From an uncultured bacterium (GTDB lineage: Bacteria > Babelota > Babeliae > Babelales > Babelaceae), in assembly GCA_963713855.1 (NCBI GenBank), contig OY970209.1, positions 1,088,001 through 1,152,000 of the forward strand: 64,000 nt of DNA. Direction: 5' to 3'. Every line of letters begins with the position of its first letter. The first letter of the stretch is position 1. The notes under the pieces are model-generated. The model had not been told where the DNA came from. It saw nothing but the letters and a program-made list of their open reading frames with translations, and ran no database searches. Positions 1 to 9,569 of the stretch are shown here, in pieces. The position numbers and the translations under genes are program-made.

Positions 1-757
1 GGAGCAGGCTTGAAAGGAGTCCTAGGCCGACAGGTATAACTTGATAGCGATTGACTAATTCGGTAAATATCTGGGCTTTTGTTGGGGTAATAGTTTTAAG
101 CCAGACCTCTGAGATCTCGCTCAGTGAAGTGATCCTATTTTTATTGTGGATATCTCTTAGGGCGTTATAAGCAAAGATGGCTTCTTTTTCTCTTTTAGGT
201 GTGACCAATAATTCTAATGGGTCTACAAGTAGTTTGTCAATGAGCGCTTTTTGACCAGACATGGAATGAAGATCTAGTATTCTGTGTTGAGATTCTTTCC
301 AAGTTAGATAGTCTTCATCCTCGAGCAATGCAAAAGCTACTTGTGGTATTTCTGGCTCTTTCTGTTCATCGTAGATATCCGATTGATCTTGTATGATGGT
401 TCTTTCTAATAGTATGTAATAGAGGGCATGTAAAAATAGCTTGTTTCCATGAAATTTTATTTCGTGCGGCTTTAAGTTGGCGTCTTTGCCAAATAAAAAT
501 CCCTCCGGGGCTAGACCGAAATTAAGTCTGTTATACGTAAAGACAGCTTTTTTATTAGCATCTATCTTTAGTTCGGAGAGATCAATGACTTCGTATAATA
601 GTTCAATGACTTTTCTCTTGAGTTCAAGTTCATTGAGTTGTGGATGTTTTCGCTGTAGCTCTGCCTGGAAGAATTTAGTTTCACCGTACAATGAAGATAA
701 GGACTTTGTTGGGCTGAGCATAAAGAGAAACAGAGTAAGAACAAGCATTTTTTTCAT
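1..757 (-). CDS. Secreted hypothetical protein, partial (runs off the window start)
   Basis: Not in the ORF track because its stop lies outside the window. ATG at 757 (minus) gives MKKMLVLTLFLFMLSPTKSLSSLYGETKFFQAELQRKHPQL..., a signal-peptide-like N-terminus. The frame stays open to base 1. Confidence 0.7.
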   Translation of the reverse strand, partial: MKKMLVLTLFLFMLSPTKSLSSLYGETKFFQAELQRKHPQLNELELKRKVIELLYEVIDLSELKIDANKKAVFTYNRLNFGLAPEGFLFGKDANLKPHEIKFHGNKLFLHALYYILLERTIIQDQSDIYDEQKEPEIPQVAFALLEDEDYLTWKESQHRILDLHSMSGQKALIDKLLVDPLELLVTPKREKEAIFAYNALRDIHNKNRITSLSEISEVWLKTITPTKAQIFTELVNRYQVIPVGLGLLSSLL

Positions 758-1007
758 AAGTATTTCCCCGTATTATAGCTTATGTAACAAGTATACCATT
801 TATTGAGGTTTTGTACGAGCGATCTTTTGAACCATTATCTTTAAAAAGCTTTATCTGGCGAGTTATATGGAAAGAATATTGATTGAAAATGCGGTCTGAT
901 TGCTGCTCTGATTACCTAGTATTTTTGCGGGTGACAGACCTATACTTTTTATGGTAGTCTACCGGATGAGTTACATTCTCATCGTTTTTAAACGGATGGA
1001 GCTTATC

Positions 1008-1292
1008 ATGAAAGAACCAGTTAAGAAGCATCTTTCTTTCACCCCTCTACATCATGATATTTTCAAAAAACCCCTTAAACTACAAAAAGAGCTTAGAAAA
1101 AGCTCACGACGAATCCCTCATAAGATAGTTAACTTTAAGGCAGCGTATAAGAGCATGTTTGAAGCTACGGAGCATAAAACAAGCAGCGCTTATAGCGTAA
1201 AGCAGTGTCTACATAGTGCAGGCAAAGTGCTTTCAATTCTTAAAAGAGCTATCGGAAACCAATCAAAAGACATTATAAAAGAAGAGATCTAA
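1008..1292 (+). CDS. Small basic hypothetical protein
   Basis: Track ORF 951..1292. GGAG at 998-1001 favours ATG 1008 (MKEPVKKH...). Lys-rich and followed by a perfect hairpin. Confidence 0.55.
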   Translation: MKEPVKKHLSFTPLHHDIFKKPLKLQKELRKSSRRIPHKIVNFKAAYKSMFEATEHKTSSAYSVKQCLHSAGKVLSILKRAIGNQSKDIIKEEI

Positions 1293-1297
1293 TTGCT

Positions 1298-1371
1298 TGA
1301 CAGAAGGGAGGTTTCCCTCCCTTCTGTCACAAGTTCTGGTTTTCTTGCCTGAGGACACTCAGGATTTTTTT
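1298..1371 (+). terminator. Intrinsic terminator region (two hairpins)
   Basis: TGACAGAAGGGAGG-TTTC-CCTCCCTTCTGTCA is a perfect 14-bp stem (1298-1329). It is followed by CCTGAG-GACA-CTCAGG and a T-run (1348-1371). Confidence 0.75.
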
Positions 1372-1494
1372 ATGTGGAAGTGGATACATCAAGCTTTCTC
1401 GAGTTGTTTGAAGATTTACTTTTTAGCAGTTTATAGTATAATGCTATTATGAATTTTGCCTGATATCAATTGTATTTATGTTACTAAGGAAACT

Positions 1495-1974
1495 ATGAAC
1501 AAACTACTCTATACCCTAACAATGCTTGTGGCTTTATGCCCAAGCTTACTTTCTGCTCAATACCTGACCTTATGGAATAAAAATGCACGCTATTATAAGC
1601 GCAGCATCGAATGTGGTTCTTATGAGCACCAAGAGCAATTAGAAACAGCCCTATCAGAGTTGATCGAGTTGATTGTTCATGGCAAACACTATACTTTTAA
1701 AAGGCTTGCAAGAAAATATGACAAGAAGCTTACGGATTTCTTTTTTAAGTTGAGTTCGATTTTGATCTTTCATAAGCTTTTTATAACTCCTGATAATAAG
1801 GTAAAGATGGAGACTCAACTAAAAATGAAGCTTGAATCACTCTTTGATCAAACAGTTGGCTGTACGGGATCAATTGAGTGGATTGATCGTATTCTTAAAA
1901 ACCTCGATGAAAGTAGAGAGGTTGCAACGACTGATGAGGATGAAACAACTCTTGATAGCATAGATATACTTTAA
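1495..1974 (+). CDS. Secreted hypothetical protein
   Basis: Track ORF 1456..1974. AAGGA precedes ATG 1495. MNKLLYTLTMLVALCPSLLSA looks like a signal peptide. Acidic C-terminus. Confidence 0.65.
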   Translation: MNKLLYTLTMLVALCPSLLSAQYLTLWNKNARYYKRSIECGSYEHQEQLETALSELIELIVHGKHYTFKRLARKYDKKLTDFFFKLSSILIFHKLFITPDNKVKMETQLKMKLESLFDQTVGCTGSIEWIDRILKNLDESREVATTDEDETTLDSIDIL

Positions 1975-2103
1975 TTCTTTAGAGGCAGCGTAAAGCTGCC
2001 TCTTTCTTCTTTTCATACTTTTTCTCAATATATTCTTGACGCATGAGCATGTTTTTTGTATTTTTGATGGTAAAGGCATCAATTATTAAGAAAATATGAT
2101 GGT

Positions 2104-3246
2104 ATGTACAACAGAATTTTAAAATTACCACTTGATGGGCAGAGCAGTATTTTTTTGTTTGGCCCTCGAGGAACAGGCAAAACATCTTGGGTTAAGGCTC
2201 ATTTACCGGATGATCTTTACTTTGATTTTCTTGATTTTTCGATTTTTAGTGCGCTATCTGCAGATCCTAGCCGCTTAGGCAATCTTATACCCGAAGGGTA
2301 TAAGGGATGGGTCATCCTTGATGAAGTTCAACGTGTTCCCGCGATTCTAAATGAGGTCCATCGTCTTATAGAATCACGAAAGCTTCGCTTTTTACTTACA
2401 GGCTCAAGCGCACGCGGATTAAGGCGCAAGGGCGTTAATCTGCTTGCCGGTAGAGCGTTAACCTACTATATGCATCCTCTTGTGGTACAAGAAATAGGAA
2501 AAGATTTTGTTCTCGATCACGCTCTCACGTTTGGGCTGTTGCCGGTCGCTTTGCAGCACCCAGATCCTTCAAAGTACCTTGAAAGCTATGTACAGACTTA
2601 TGTTCGGGAAGAAGTATTGCAGGAGGGCCTTACCAGAAACATCGGCGCTTTTACGCGATTCTTGGAAATAGCAAGTTTTTCGCAAGCAAGTGTGCTTAAT
2701 TTTTCAGAAATTGCTCGAGAACTAAGGATTAACAGACTCGTTGTTGCTCACTATTTTGATATTTTGGAAGATTTATTGCTTGCAAAACGCATAAGTACTT
2801 TTACAAAGCGGGCAAAAAGGAAAATGGTAGCTCACCAAAAGTTTTATTTCTTCGACACGGGAATCTATCGGTTCTTGAGGCCTTCTGGTCCTCTAGATAC
2901 CTCCGAAGAAGGAGATGGAGCGGCGCTTGAGACGCTCTTCTTTCAATCGGTTGCGGCAATCAATGACTATTTTGATCTGGGATACAAGATTTATTTTTGG
3001 AGAACGTCAGCTGGCGCTGAAGTAGATTTTGTGCTGTACGGCCCGCGCGGCTTACATGCGTTTGAAATAAAACGCACCGCCCATATTTCTCCTAAAACTT
3101 TTAAAGGGCTTAAAGCATTTAAAGAGGATTATCCTGAAGCAAAACTTCATCTTCTTAACCTTTCAAAACACATCGAATATCATGGAGATGCAACAGCATA
3201 TCCCTTCACTCAAGCTCTCTATGCCTTGCCAGACATACTAAAATAG
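2104..3246 (+). CDS. AAA_14-family ATP-binding protein with C-terminal DUF4143 domain
   Basis: Walker A GPRGTGKT, Walker B VILDEVQ, LLTGSSA, LAGRA, KFYFFDTG and YFWRT..GAEVDFV..FEIK; 380 aa. Confidence 0.9.
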   Translation: MYNRILKLPLDGQSSIFLFGPRGTGKTSWVKAHLPDDLYFDFLDFSIFSALSADPSRLGNLIPEGYKGWVILDEVQRVPAILNEVHRLIESRKLRFLLTGSSARGLRRKGVNLLAGRALTYYMHPLVVQEIGKDFVLDHALTFGLLPVALQHPDPSKYLESYVQTYVREEVLQEGLTRNIGAFTRFLEIASFSQASVLNFSEIARELRINRLVVAHYFDILEDLLLAKRISTFTKRAKRKMVAHQKFYFFDTGIYRFLRPSGPLDTSEEGDGAALETLFFQSVAAINDYFDLGYKIYFWRTSAGAEVDFVLYGPRGLHAFEIKRTAHISPKTFKGLKAFKEDYPEAKLHLLNLSKHIEYHGDATAYPFTQALYALPDILK

Positions 3247-3317
3247 CAAAAATCTTGCTATTTTGACCTGCATTTTATTACAATAAGAGTAGCTTTAGTC
3301 TAAAAAAGGAGATTAAC

Positions 3318-3461
3318 ATGACTGAAAAAAAGCAAGGTCACGCTAAAGAAGCGGAACACGAAAAGAAAGCGCAACAAGAGCCGAAGCCTAAGCATACCGA
3401 GGGCGGAAGCTGTGGTATTGGTTCCGAGGACCGCTCAAAAGGTTCATCCTGCGGTTGCTAA
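3318..3461 (+). CDS. 47-aa small protein with C-terminal Cys motifs (not in ORF track)
   Basis: AAGGAG RBS before ATG 3318. Translates to MTEKKQGHAKEAEHEKKAQQEPKPKHTEGGSCGIGSEDRSKGSSCGC, TAA at 3459-3461. A terminator follows. Confidence 0.75.
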   Translation: MTEKKQGHAKEAEHEKKAQQEPKPKHTEGGSCGIGSEDRSKGSSCGC

Positions 3462-3487
3462 AGCTTTCTCTAAAGCTTTAATTTTAT

Positions 3488-3517
3488 ACGGTCCCTCAAG
3501 CTGAGGGACCGTTTTTT
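3488..3517 (+). terminator. Intrinsic terminator between convergent genes
   Basis: ACGGTCCCTCA-AGC-TGAGGGACCGT (11-bp stem) followed by TTTTT. Confidence 0.8.
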
Positions 3518-4261
3518 CTATTTTTGCATGTTTTCAGGTAAGCCACCCCCAAAAATAGCCGGATAAGAATATGCATGAGGGTATGCGCTTTGAAACAGAG
3601 GTTGGGCTAGGTTTTGATTTATTTGAGGCAATGGCATTTGTATCGCTTGAATCGCTCTTGATTGCCTCAAGAGCTCATCTATCGCCCGTGCCCTAGTTAA
3701 TTTTTCAGGATCATTTTTGCTAGCTTCGATTGCATTTTTTGAACGTCTGAGTTCTTTCTTAGTAACTTCAGCCCCGCCTTTAAGAAGGTATTGAACCGTT
3801 TCAGGATTTAAGCTACTTATTGCGTTCATCAAAGGACTGACATTACCCTTGCATCGAGCGTTAGGGTCAATGTTAAAAAGAAGAAGCAGTTTTACAAGGG
3901 CAGGGTTATTGGTATTGTTTCGAGATGCAGCATAAAGCAAAGTCCTATTGCCTGGGGTTACTATTGCTCTAGGATCCTTGCCCGCCTCCACCATATATCT
4001 GAGTGCTCTGAGAATAATAGCATTGGCTTCTGTTCGTGTGGATGTTTCTGAAAGCTCCACCGCCTCTTCAATAGCTCTGAAAAGCAATGTGGTATCTTGT
4101 AAATTTGTAGCTAACAATGCTTCAATACGCTCCTCAAGCCTCTCGAGGTTTACAGCTTTGCCCAACAATGTAAGGTTTTTGCGCAATTTTATGCTGCCTT
4201 CCATGCCAAACGCAGGAAATGACAACACTAAGGCGACGGCAAGTAGTATTGTATAGATCAT
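3518..4261 (-). CDS. Secreted ankyrin-repeat protein
   Basis: Signal peptide ending AFG-ME. Ankyrin-like units GNRTLLYAA..LVKLLL..DPNA and GNVSPLMNA..VQYLLKGGAEV. Confidence 0.8.
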   Translation of the reverse strand: MIYTILLAVALVLSFPAFGMEGSIKLRKNLTLLGKAVNLERLEERIEALLATNLQDTTLLFRAIEEAVELSETSTRTEANAIILRALRYMVEAGKDPRAIVTPGNRTLLYAASRNNTNNPALVKLLLLFNIDPNARCKGNVSPLMNAISSLNPETVQYLLKGGAEVTKKELRRSKNAIEASKNDPEKLTRARAIDELLRQSRAIQAIQMPLPQINQNLAQPLFQSAYPHAYSYPAIFGGGLPENMQK

Positions 4262-4410
4262 AGTCTTTCTTTTTTCTTAAAGTAGTTTAAAAATGCTAAC
4301 AATGGCTTTTATCCATTATATACAAGGCTCAGGCCTTTGTCACAAATACGATACGAAAACTCATTTTTCGTGTATAATAGTTTTTGTGCGCAAAAAAATG
4401 GAGCAAATAA

Positions 4411-5466
4411 GTGAAGCGATTTTTTTATATAGGTTTTTTTATTGTGTTAGCACTTATGGGCAATACGGCATTTTCCTATCAGGTAACAAGAGCAGCCTTT
4501 GATCTGGGCTCAGGCAAGTTTAAAATGCTTGTTGCCCGTGTTGACACCGAAACGTCAACAGTTCAAGAAGTTCTTTACTCAGGCAGCGTTGAAGTTCGTC
4601 TTGCTGATGACTGGCGTGAAAATAAAGGCTCTTTAAGTGAAGTGGCTCAAAAGCGGGCCTTAAATGCGTTGGTTTTTTTAAAGGAAAAGGCATTGGAGCA
4701 CGCAGCTACTGAATTTAGCGCAGTCGCTACCGCTATTTTTAGAAAGGCCTCTAATGGACAAGCTCTTCTTGAAACACTCACCAAAACAACCGGCATTCCC
4801 GCGACCGTAATCTCTCAAAGGCAAGAAGGGCTTATAGGCTTTCATACGATGATGGTTGCTTATCAAGATGGGGCACGAGCAATCTCTTGGGATTCCGGCA
4901 ACGCAAGCTTTCAAATAGTTGCTGCTAGGAATAACGAGTACAAAGTGTATGAAGGTTCCTGGGGGAATGCTCTTGTCGTAAGTGCATTTATTGAAAAACT
5001 AAGAAAAGAGCCCTATTCAGTAGGCTACCCAGTAAATCCTGTAAGTACCGACGAGATTGAAAAGCTTGTCGCATTAATTCAAAGAAAGCTTTCTTTGCCC
5101 GACTGGTTAAAAGAAGAGATTTCAAGTGAAACGCTGGTTCGGGGTATAGGGGAAAACGAGTGCATATTCGCAGTTACGGCGCGAGCGCTCAATGCAACAA
5201 CTTATACCCAAGAAGAGGTACGCGATGCTCTTTTTGGTTTGGCCGGATATACAAACAGCGATGAGCTATTTAAAAGGCTTAATCCCACAAACCAAAGACT
5301 TGTTGTTACCCAAGTTGCACTTTTGTATGCCGTTATGTCTGCCTTTGGTATTAAAAAAGTATCTTATAAAAAGACCTCCGGCAGCAACCTTGGACTTCTT
5401 GTTACTCCTGAGTTTTGGCCTTTGCAGCATCCATCCCTTACAAAAGGCCAGAGCGTGATATTATAG
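4411..5466 (+). CDS. Ppx/GppA-family (ASKHA fold) phosphatase-like protein with signal peptide
   Basis: AAFDLGSGKFKMLVA, AVATAIFRKASNG, VISQRQEGLIGF and WDSGNASFQI match the Ppx/GppA motif series. Hydrophobic N-terminus MKRFFYIGFFIVLALMGNTAFS. Confidence 0.8.
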   Translation: MKRFFYIGFFIVLALMGNTAFSYQVTRAAFDLGSGKFKMLVARVDTETSTVQEVLYSGSVEVRLADDWRENKGSLSEVAQKRALNALVFLKEKALEHAATEFSAVATAIFRKASNGQALLETLTKTTGIPATVISQRQEGLIGFHTMMVAYQDGARAISWDSGNASFQIVAARNNEYKVYEGSWGNALVVSAFIEKLRKEPYSVGYPVNPVSTDEIEKLVALIQRKLSLPDWLKEEISSETLVRGIGENECIFAVTARALNATTYTQEEVRDALFGLAGYTNSDELFKRLNPTNQRLVVTQVALLYAVMSAFGIKKVSYKKTSGSNLGLLVTPEFWPLQHPSLTKGQSVIL

Positions 5467-5473
5467 GATTCTT

Positions 5474-6127
5474 ATGTACTTTAAAAGCGCGCCTTTCGTA
5501 ATCTGCCTTATCGCCTTCGGGATACAAAATCCACCTGACGAAAATAGTAAACTGTATGAGCTTCTGGCGACATTGCATTACAAAAAACTGCCCTACGTTG
5601 ACGTTGAGCATACCACTCCCTTAGTGATCTGTTTTTCCGGGACACCCGGCATGGGAAAGACCTACCTTGCCAAGAAAATGGAGGAGGAGTATCAAGGTTT
5701 ACGCATCAGTACCGACGAAATCCGCGAACTATTAAAGGCTCAGGGTATTACAGTGAGAAATGAAAGCATTCTTGAAGAATATCTTCTCTATCTTTTAAAT
5801 AGCAACACCATCATCAATAAGATACTTATACTTGATTGCAGCATCGATAGAAGGGCTTCGAAGCTTTTTTCTTTTTTAAACGCCAAAAAAATACCCTATT
5901 TTGTTATCCGTATTGCTGCATCGCCTGAATGCGCTATAGAGCGCATCGCTCAACGTGAAAATGAAAACAGCGCTCATTATATTCGCTTTTTTTCTCGCTG
6001 GTATGAAGATTATGAATCTTTCTTAGAAACGCATACGCCCGATTGTACCATCGATAACGAAGTAAACGGTCCGGTAGCACTTGATGAGGCTTTTAAAGGC
6101 ATTAATGCGCTTCTAGGTAGAACCTAA
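5474..6127 (+). CDS. P-loop kinase / AAA_33-like protein
   Basis: ICFSGTPGMGKTYLAK, RISTDEIRELL, LILDCS and AIERIAQRE lid motif, typical of nucleoside/nucleotide-kinase-like P-loop proteins. Confidence 0.75.
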   Translation: MYFKSAPFVICLIAFGIQNPPDENSKLYELLATLHYKKLPYVDVEHTTPLVICFSGTPGMGKTYLAKKMEEEYQGLRISTDEIRELLKAQGITVRNESILEEYLLYLLNSNTIINKILILDCSIDRRASKLFSFLNAKKIPYFVIRIAASPECAIERIAQRENENSAHYIRFFSRWYEDYESFLETHTPDCTIDNEVNGPVALDEAFKGINALLGRT

Positions 6128-6305
6128 AAAAGCTCACCCTCCCGTCAATCCACCCAAATATCTACTCCAACTTCACCAGGACGGTTCCTCTTGTTGCTTT
6201 GCTTGAGTAAATGAAGGCATTGGCAAGCTTTCACGAGGTGCCTCTGAAAGAAAGTGTTTTTTAAGCATCTCATCAATCAATTGGTAGCGTTTTTGCCGTT
6301 CACTA

Positions 6306-6947
6306 CTAGGTAGAACCAGAGGGTGTAAGCTGAGACAACATCGATTTGATCTTGGTAACTATCATGTCGATAGCTACTGTGTTTTCGGCACCTCTCGGAA
6401 TGATGATGTCTGCCCAGCGCTTACTTGGTTCAACAAATTCAAGGTGCATGGGTTGTACCGTAGTAAGATATTGATGCATGACCGAATCGACGGAATGCCC
6501 ACGCTCAACGATATCCCTCTTAATCCTACGTATAAGCCGCTCATCAGATGGCGTATCGACGAATATTTTGATGTTCATAAGCTGCCGTAATGCGGCTTCG
6601 GAAAAGATAAGTATACCGTCGATGATGATAATTTTTTTGGGCTCGATGGGAATGGTTTTTTGTAATCGGCGTTGGGTTATAAAATCGTAAACTGGTTGAT
6701 TGATTTTCCGCCCCTCCTTTAGGGCGATGATGTGTTCGATGAGAAATGAGGTTTCTAGAGAATCGGGGTGATCAAAGTTAAGGTCTTCTTTTTCAATACC
6801 TTTAAGTTCGCCACAGTCCTTATAATATGAATCGTGCTGAAGGACAACAACTTTTTCCTGTAAGCGCTCAACGATCTTATTGGTTACCGACGTTTTTCCA
6901 GACGCGCTACCTCCGGCAATACCTATCACAAGTGGCTTTGTTTCCAT
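6306..6947 (-). CDS. udk: Uridine kinase
   Basis: VIGIAGGSASGKT, HDSYYKD, NFDHPDS, PVYDF, IFVDTPSDERLIRRIKRD..ERG, V.PMH..FVEPSKRWADIIIPRG. Start moved to ATG 6947, which has AAGGA upstream. Confidence 0.95.
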   Translation of the reverse strand: METKPLVIGIAGGSASGKTSVTNKIVERLQEKVVVLQHDSYYKDCGELKGIEKEDLNFDHPDSLETSFLIEHIIALKEGRKINQPVYDFITQRRLQKTIPIEPKKIIIIDGILIFSEAALRQLMNIKIFVDTPSDERLIRRIKRDIVERGHSVDSVMHQYLTTVQPMHLEFVEPSKRWADIIIPRGAENTVAIDMIVTKIKSMLSQLTPSGST

Positions 6948-7095
6948 GCAATCCTTATTCAAGTTCTTTTATAATAGTAGCACGTCCTATTTTACAGTCA
7001 ACGAATCGATTCTATATTGCACTATTGCTCGTATTTTCCTATTTTTATTGATTATTTAAATGGTATGGTAGTTTGTAATGTAAGGTAGTTTTTCG

Positions 7096-8037
7096 ATGAA
7101 AAGAGCACTTTTACTATTCCTAGCCGCGAGCATGCTCATGGCATTGTCTGTCCGAGCGATGGAGGAGAAATTCCCCCTACACGTTGCTGTTGCAAATAAT
7201 GATCAAAGCGAGATACTCTCCTTGCTTGAGAGAGGTTTTTTTATAAACCAAGTGGATAACTTGGGGCTTACTCCGCTTCAACACGCCTCAGTTACTCCAA
7301 ATGTAGAGCTTATTAAGTTTTTACTTGATCATGGTGCAGATGCCCGGCTACTTGACAATGAAGGTCATACCCCCTTATGGCAGGCATTATCGATTGAAGA
7401 TAACAATGCGGTAGTTTTACTGCTTTTAAAGCATGGAGCTTATCAAGTATATGAGGACAAAGATCAAAAAAGGCGCTTAGCAAATGTTTTTAAGGCAAAT
7501 AATCGGCTAAAAATGCTAATCGAGGGGGATAATAAAGCAATTAAAAGACAGCTTAATAGGTTAACTAAAAAAGAAGAAATAAAGTCCTTCCTGTACGAAT
7601 CATTTTTCTTATTTGTACATTACGATAATCGGGACATGATAGATTTTATTTTTCAACAACTTGCTGAGTATGTTGATCGGAACCAGATGCTCGATTTATT
7701 TCTAAGACTGGCTCAGATTGGTAACATTGAACTTTTAAAGAAATTTTTTTTAACGATTGGATTTAAGGATCCAGTGCTTGAAAAGGCTTTTTTAAAAGCT
7801 GTTGAAGCTCGCAAGAAAGAAACGATTGAATTTTTTTGCAGAACTGGAAGAATTCCTTTAGAGATGATACAAGAGGCTGCGCGCCAAAACGCGGACCTAG
7901 AACCCATTCTTCAAGAAAGTGAAAACCTCGCTCTAGAAGAGGGAAGTGAGGTTCAAACAGGGATAGATCCGCAAGGGCCACCAAACGATCTATCGCCCCG
8001 TCAGCTCGATCTTTCAAGGCATACATTCCTGATATAA
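7096..8037 (+). CDS. Secreted ankyrin-repeat protein
   Basis: Signal ending VRA-MEE. FPLHVAV, GLTPLQHA..LLDHGAD, GHTPLWQA..LLLKHGA. Confidence 0.88.
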   Translation: MKRALLLFLAASMLMALSVRAMEEKFPLHVAVANNDQSEILSLLERGFFINQVDNLGLTPLQHASVTPNVELIKFLLDHGADARLLDNEGHTPLWQALSIEDNNAVVLLLLKHGAYQVYEDKDQKRRLANVFKANNRLKMLIEGDNKAIKRQLNRLTKKEEIKSFLYESFFLFVHYDNRDMIDFIFQQLAEYVDRNQMLDLFLRLAQIGNIELLKKFFLTIGFKDPVLEKAFLKAVEARKKETIEFFCRTGRIPLEMIQEAARQNADLEPILQESENLALEEGSEVQTGIDPQGPPNDLSPRQLDLSRHTFLI

Positions 8038-8131
8038 CGGTGAATTATAGCGTCATACATACAGGATGATAAAAGAAAAAGAGTCATGGATACTAAAAGA
8101 GCTGAAGGTTTTTACTCCAGCCCCAAAAGAC

Positions 8132-9379
8132 TTATTTCTTTTCTTCTGCATTATGCTTTTTGGTGAATATAGATCTCAAAAGATTAGTGGATACACGTCC
8201 TTTTTTACGCCTCATTGGCAGTGATATTGCTCTCTGGCGCGCCCTAGGCGTTAAAACTTCGTTTTGCGCGGGCACCGGAGTTTCTTGTTCATAAGGTTCA
8301 ACAGAAATTTCGGTAATACGCCTACCACCGGATGAATCTATTTGAGAAGATCTTAAAATGATTGTGGATGGCTCTGGAAGAGAAGTCGACAACACTATGG
8401 GCTCAAAAGAATCACCCCTGGAAGAGTGGGCATTTGCCTTTTCAAGTGCTGCAAAAATTTCCAAATAATGAGCCTTTAGATCTTTTGGTAATCCTTCAAG
8501 CTTTAAGATAACCTTTATCTGTTTTAATACCTTGGCTAAATCAACGGTATAGATACATTGTCGGCATCGTTCGATTATTAGATTAATAATGGACGCATTT
8601 TTACGTAAAACGGCACAGAAAAGCGCGTACTGGAACGTTTTACTCCAGGCATCATTTTTCATTTCGTCTTTATTTTTATTATATTTAAATAATAGTCTCA
8701 GTATGCTTTCATGTCCTGCGTAAGCCGTATTGATGAAAGCTTCTTCCATCGTTTCTGGCTGTATAAGGTTTCTGTGTGTTGTGAGAATTTTAAGGAGAAG
8801 CTTGAATTTACCTTGACCAGCAGCAAGGAGGAATAATTCTTGAATTTCTTCGGGCAAAACGGTGTAATCTCCTTCATTTAGCATGGCTGAAAGGAGAGAG
8901 TTGGTTCTTTGGCCAATTATTTTTCTAATTACCTCTTCATAACCAGAAGGAATTTGAGCTCCCCGAGTAAGGCAAAAGAGTACCCAGGTTCTTTGGTCTT
9001 CTAGCTTTAGGTCGCCATTCACAAGAATTTGTTGTAGTGCATAATTTAAGTCTGCTCCATAGTTAACAAAAATCATTGCCACTGGCAGGTTAAGTCGACT
9101 ATTGAACCATAACATCTTCTTGGCTAATTCCTCCCCACTATGATACCTTTCCAGGCATAATTGCCTTACGGCTTCTTCCATTTCCTCTTGCAAGGTATTC
9201 TCAAGAAAAGACACAGAATATGAAGCCGATAAACTATAATGACTTGGAAGGGGCGTGTCTAACGGAGCAATAATGCCCATTTCTGCAATTTCTGCGGGCT
9301 GGCCCTCCATGCCCTTCAGTGCACTCTCCTTATGCATAAAAAATGCAATAAGAAGCATGCAACCTATTTTCTTAACCAT
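8132..9379 (-). CDS. Secreted protein with degenerate ankyrin-like repeats
   Basis: Signal ending LKG-MEG. Units LFLLAAGQGK, AFINTAYAGHESILRLL and ALFCAV resemble the other ANK-like paralogues. Low-complexity basic C-terminal tail. Confidence 0.7.
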   Translation of the reverse strand: MVKKIGCMLLIAFFMHKESALKGMEGQPAEIAEMGIIAPLDTPLPSHYSLSASYSVSFLENTLQEEMEEAVRQLCLERYHSGEELAKKMLWFNSRLNLPVAMIFVNYGADLNYALQQILVNGDLKLEDQRTWVLFCLTRGAQIPSGYEEVIRKIIGQRTNSLLSAMLNEGDYTVLPEEIQELFLLAAGQGKFKLLLKILTTHRNLIQPETMEEAFINTAYAGHESILRLLFKYNKNKDEMKNDAWSKTFQYALFCAVLRKNASIINLIIERCRQCIYTVDLAKVLKQIKVILKLEGLPKDLKAHYLEIFAALEKANAHSSRGDSFEPIVLSTSLPEPSTIILRSSQIDSSGGRRITEISVEPYEQETPVPAQNEVLTPRARQRAISLPMRRKKGRVSTNLLRSIFTKKHNAEEKK

Positions 9380-9512
9380 CTGACTCCTTACAAGTTTTTA
9401 ATAGCGAATATAAAGTTTAGATTAAACTAAATAATAGCATATATGAAAATTATCATTTAGGCAAAAAAGGGGCTTTGCAACTCTAGCATTTAAGGCTTAT
9501 TTTGCCTAAAAT

Positions 9513-9540
9513 TTGACATGTAAATAACAAATTGTATATT
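9513..9540 (+). promoter_or_regulatory. Sigma70-type promoter
   Basis: TTGACA-16 nt-TATATT about 30 nt upstream of ATG 9570. Confidence 0.6.
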
Positions 9541-9569
9541 AAAATTATTATTGTTATTTTTGGGGTATC

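Noticed and set aside
477..806. Track ORF 477..806 (+)
   Set aside because: Antisense to a longer minus-strand ORF (start 757) that has a convincing signal peptide.
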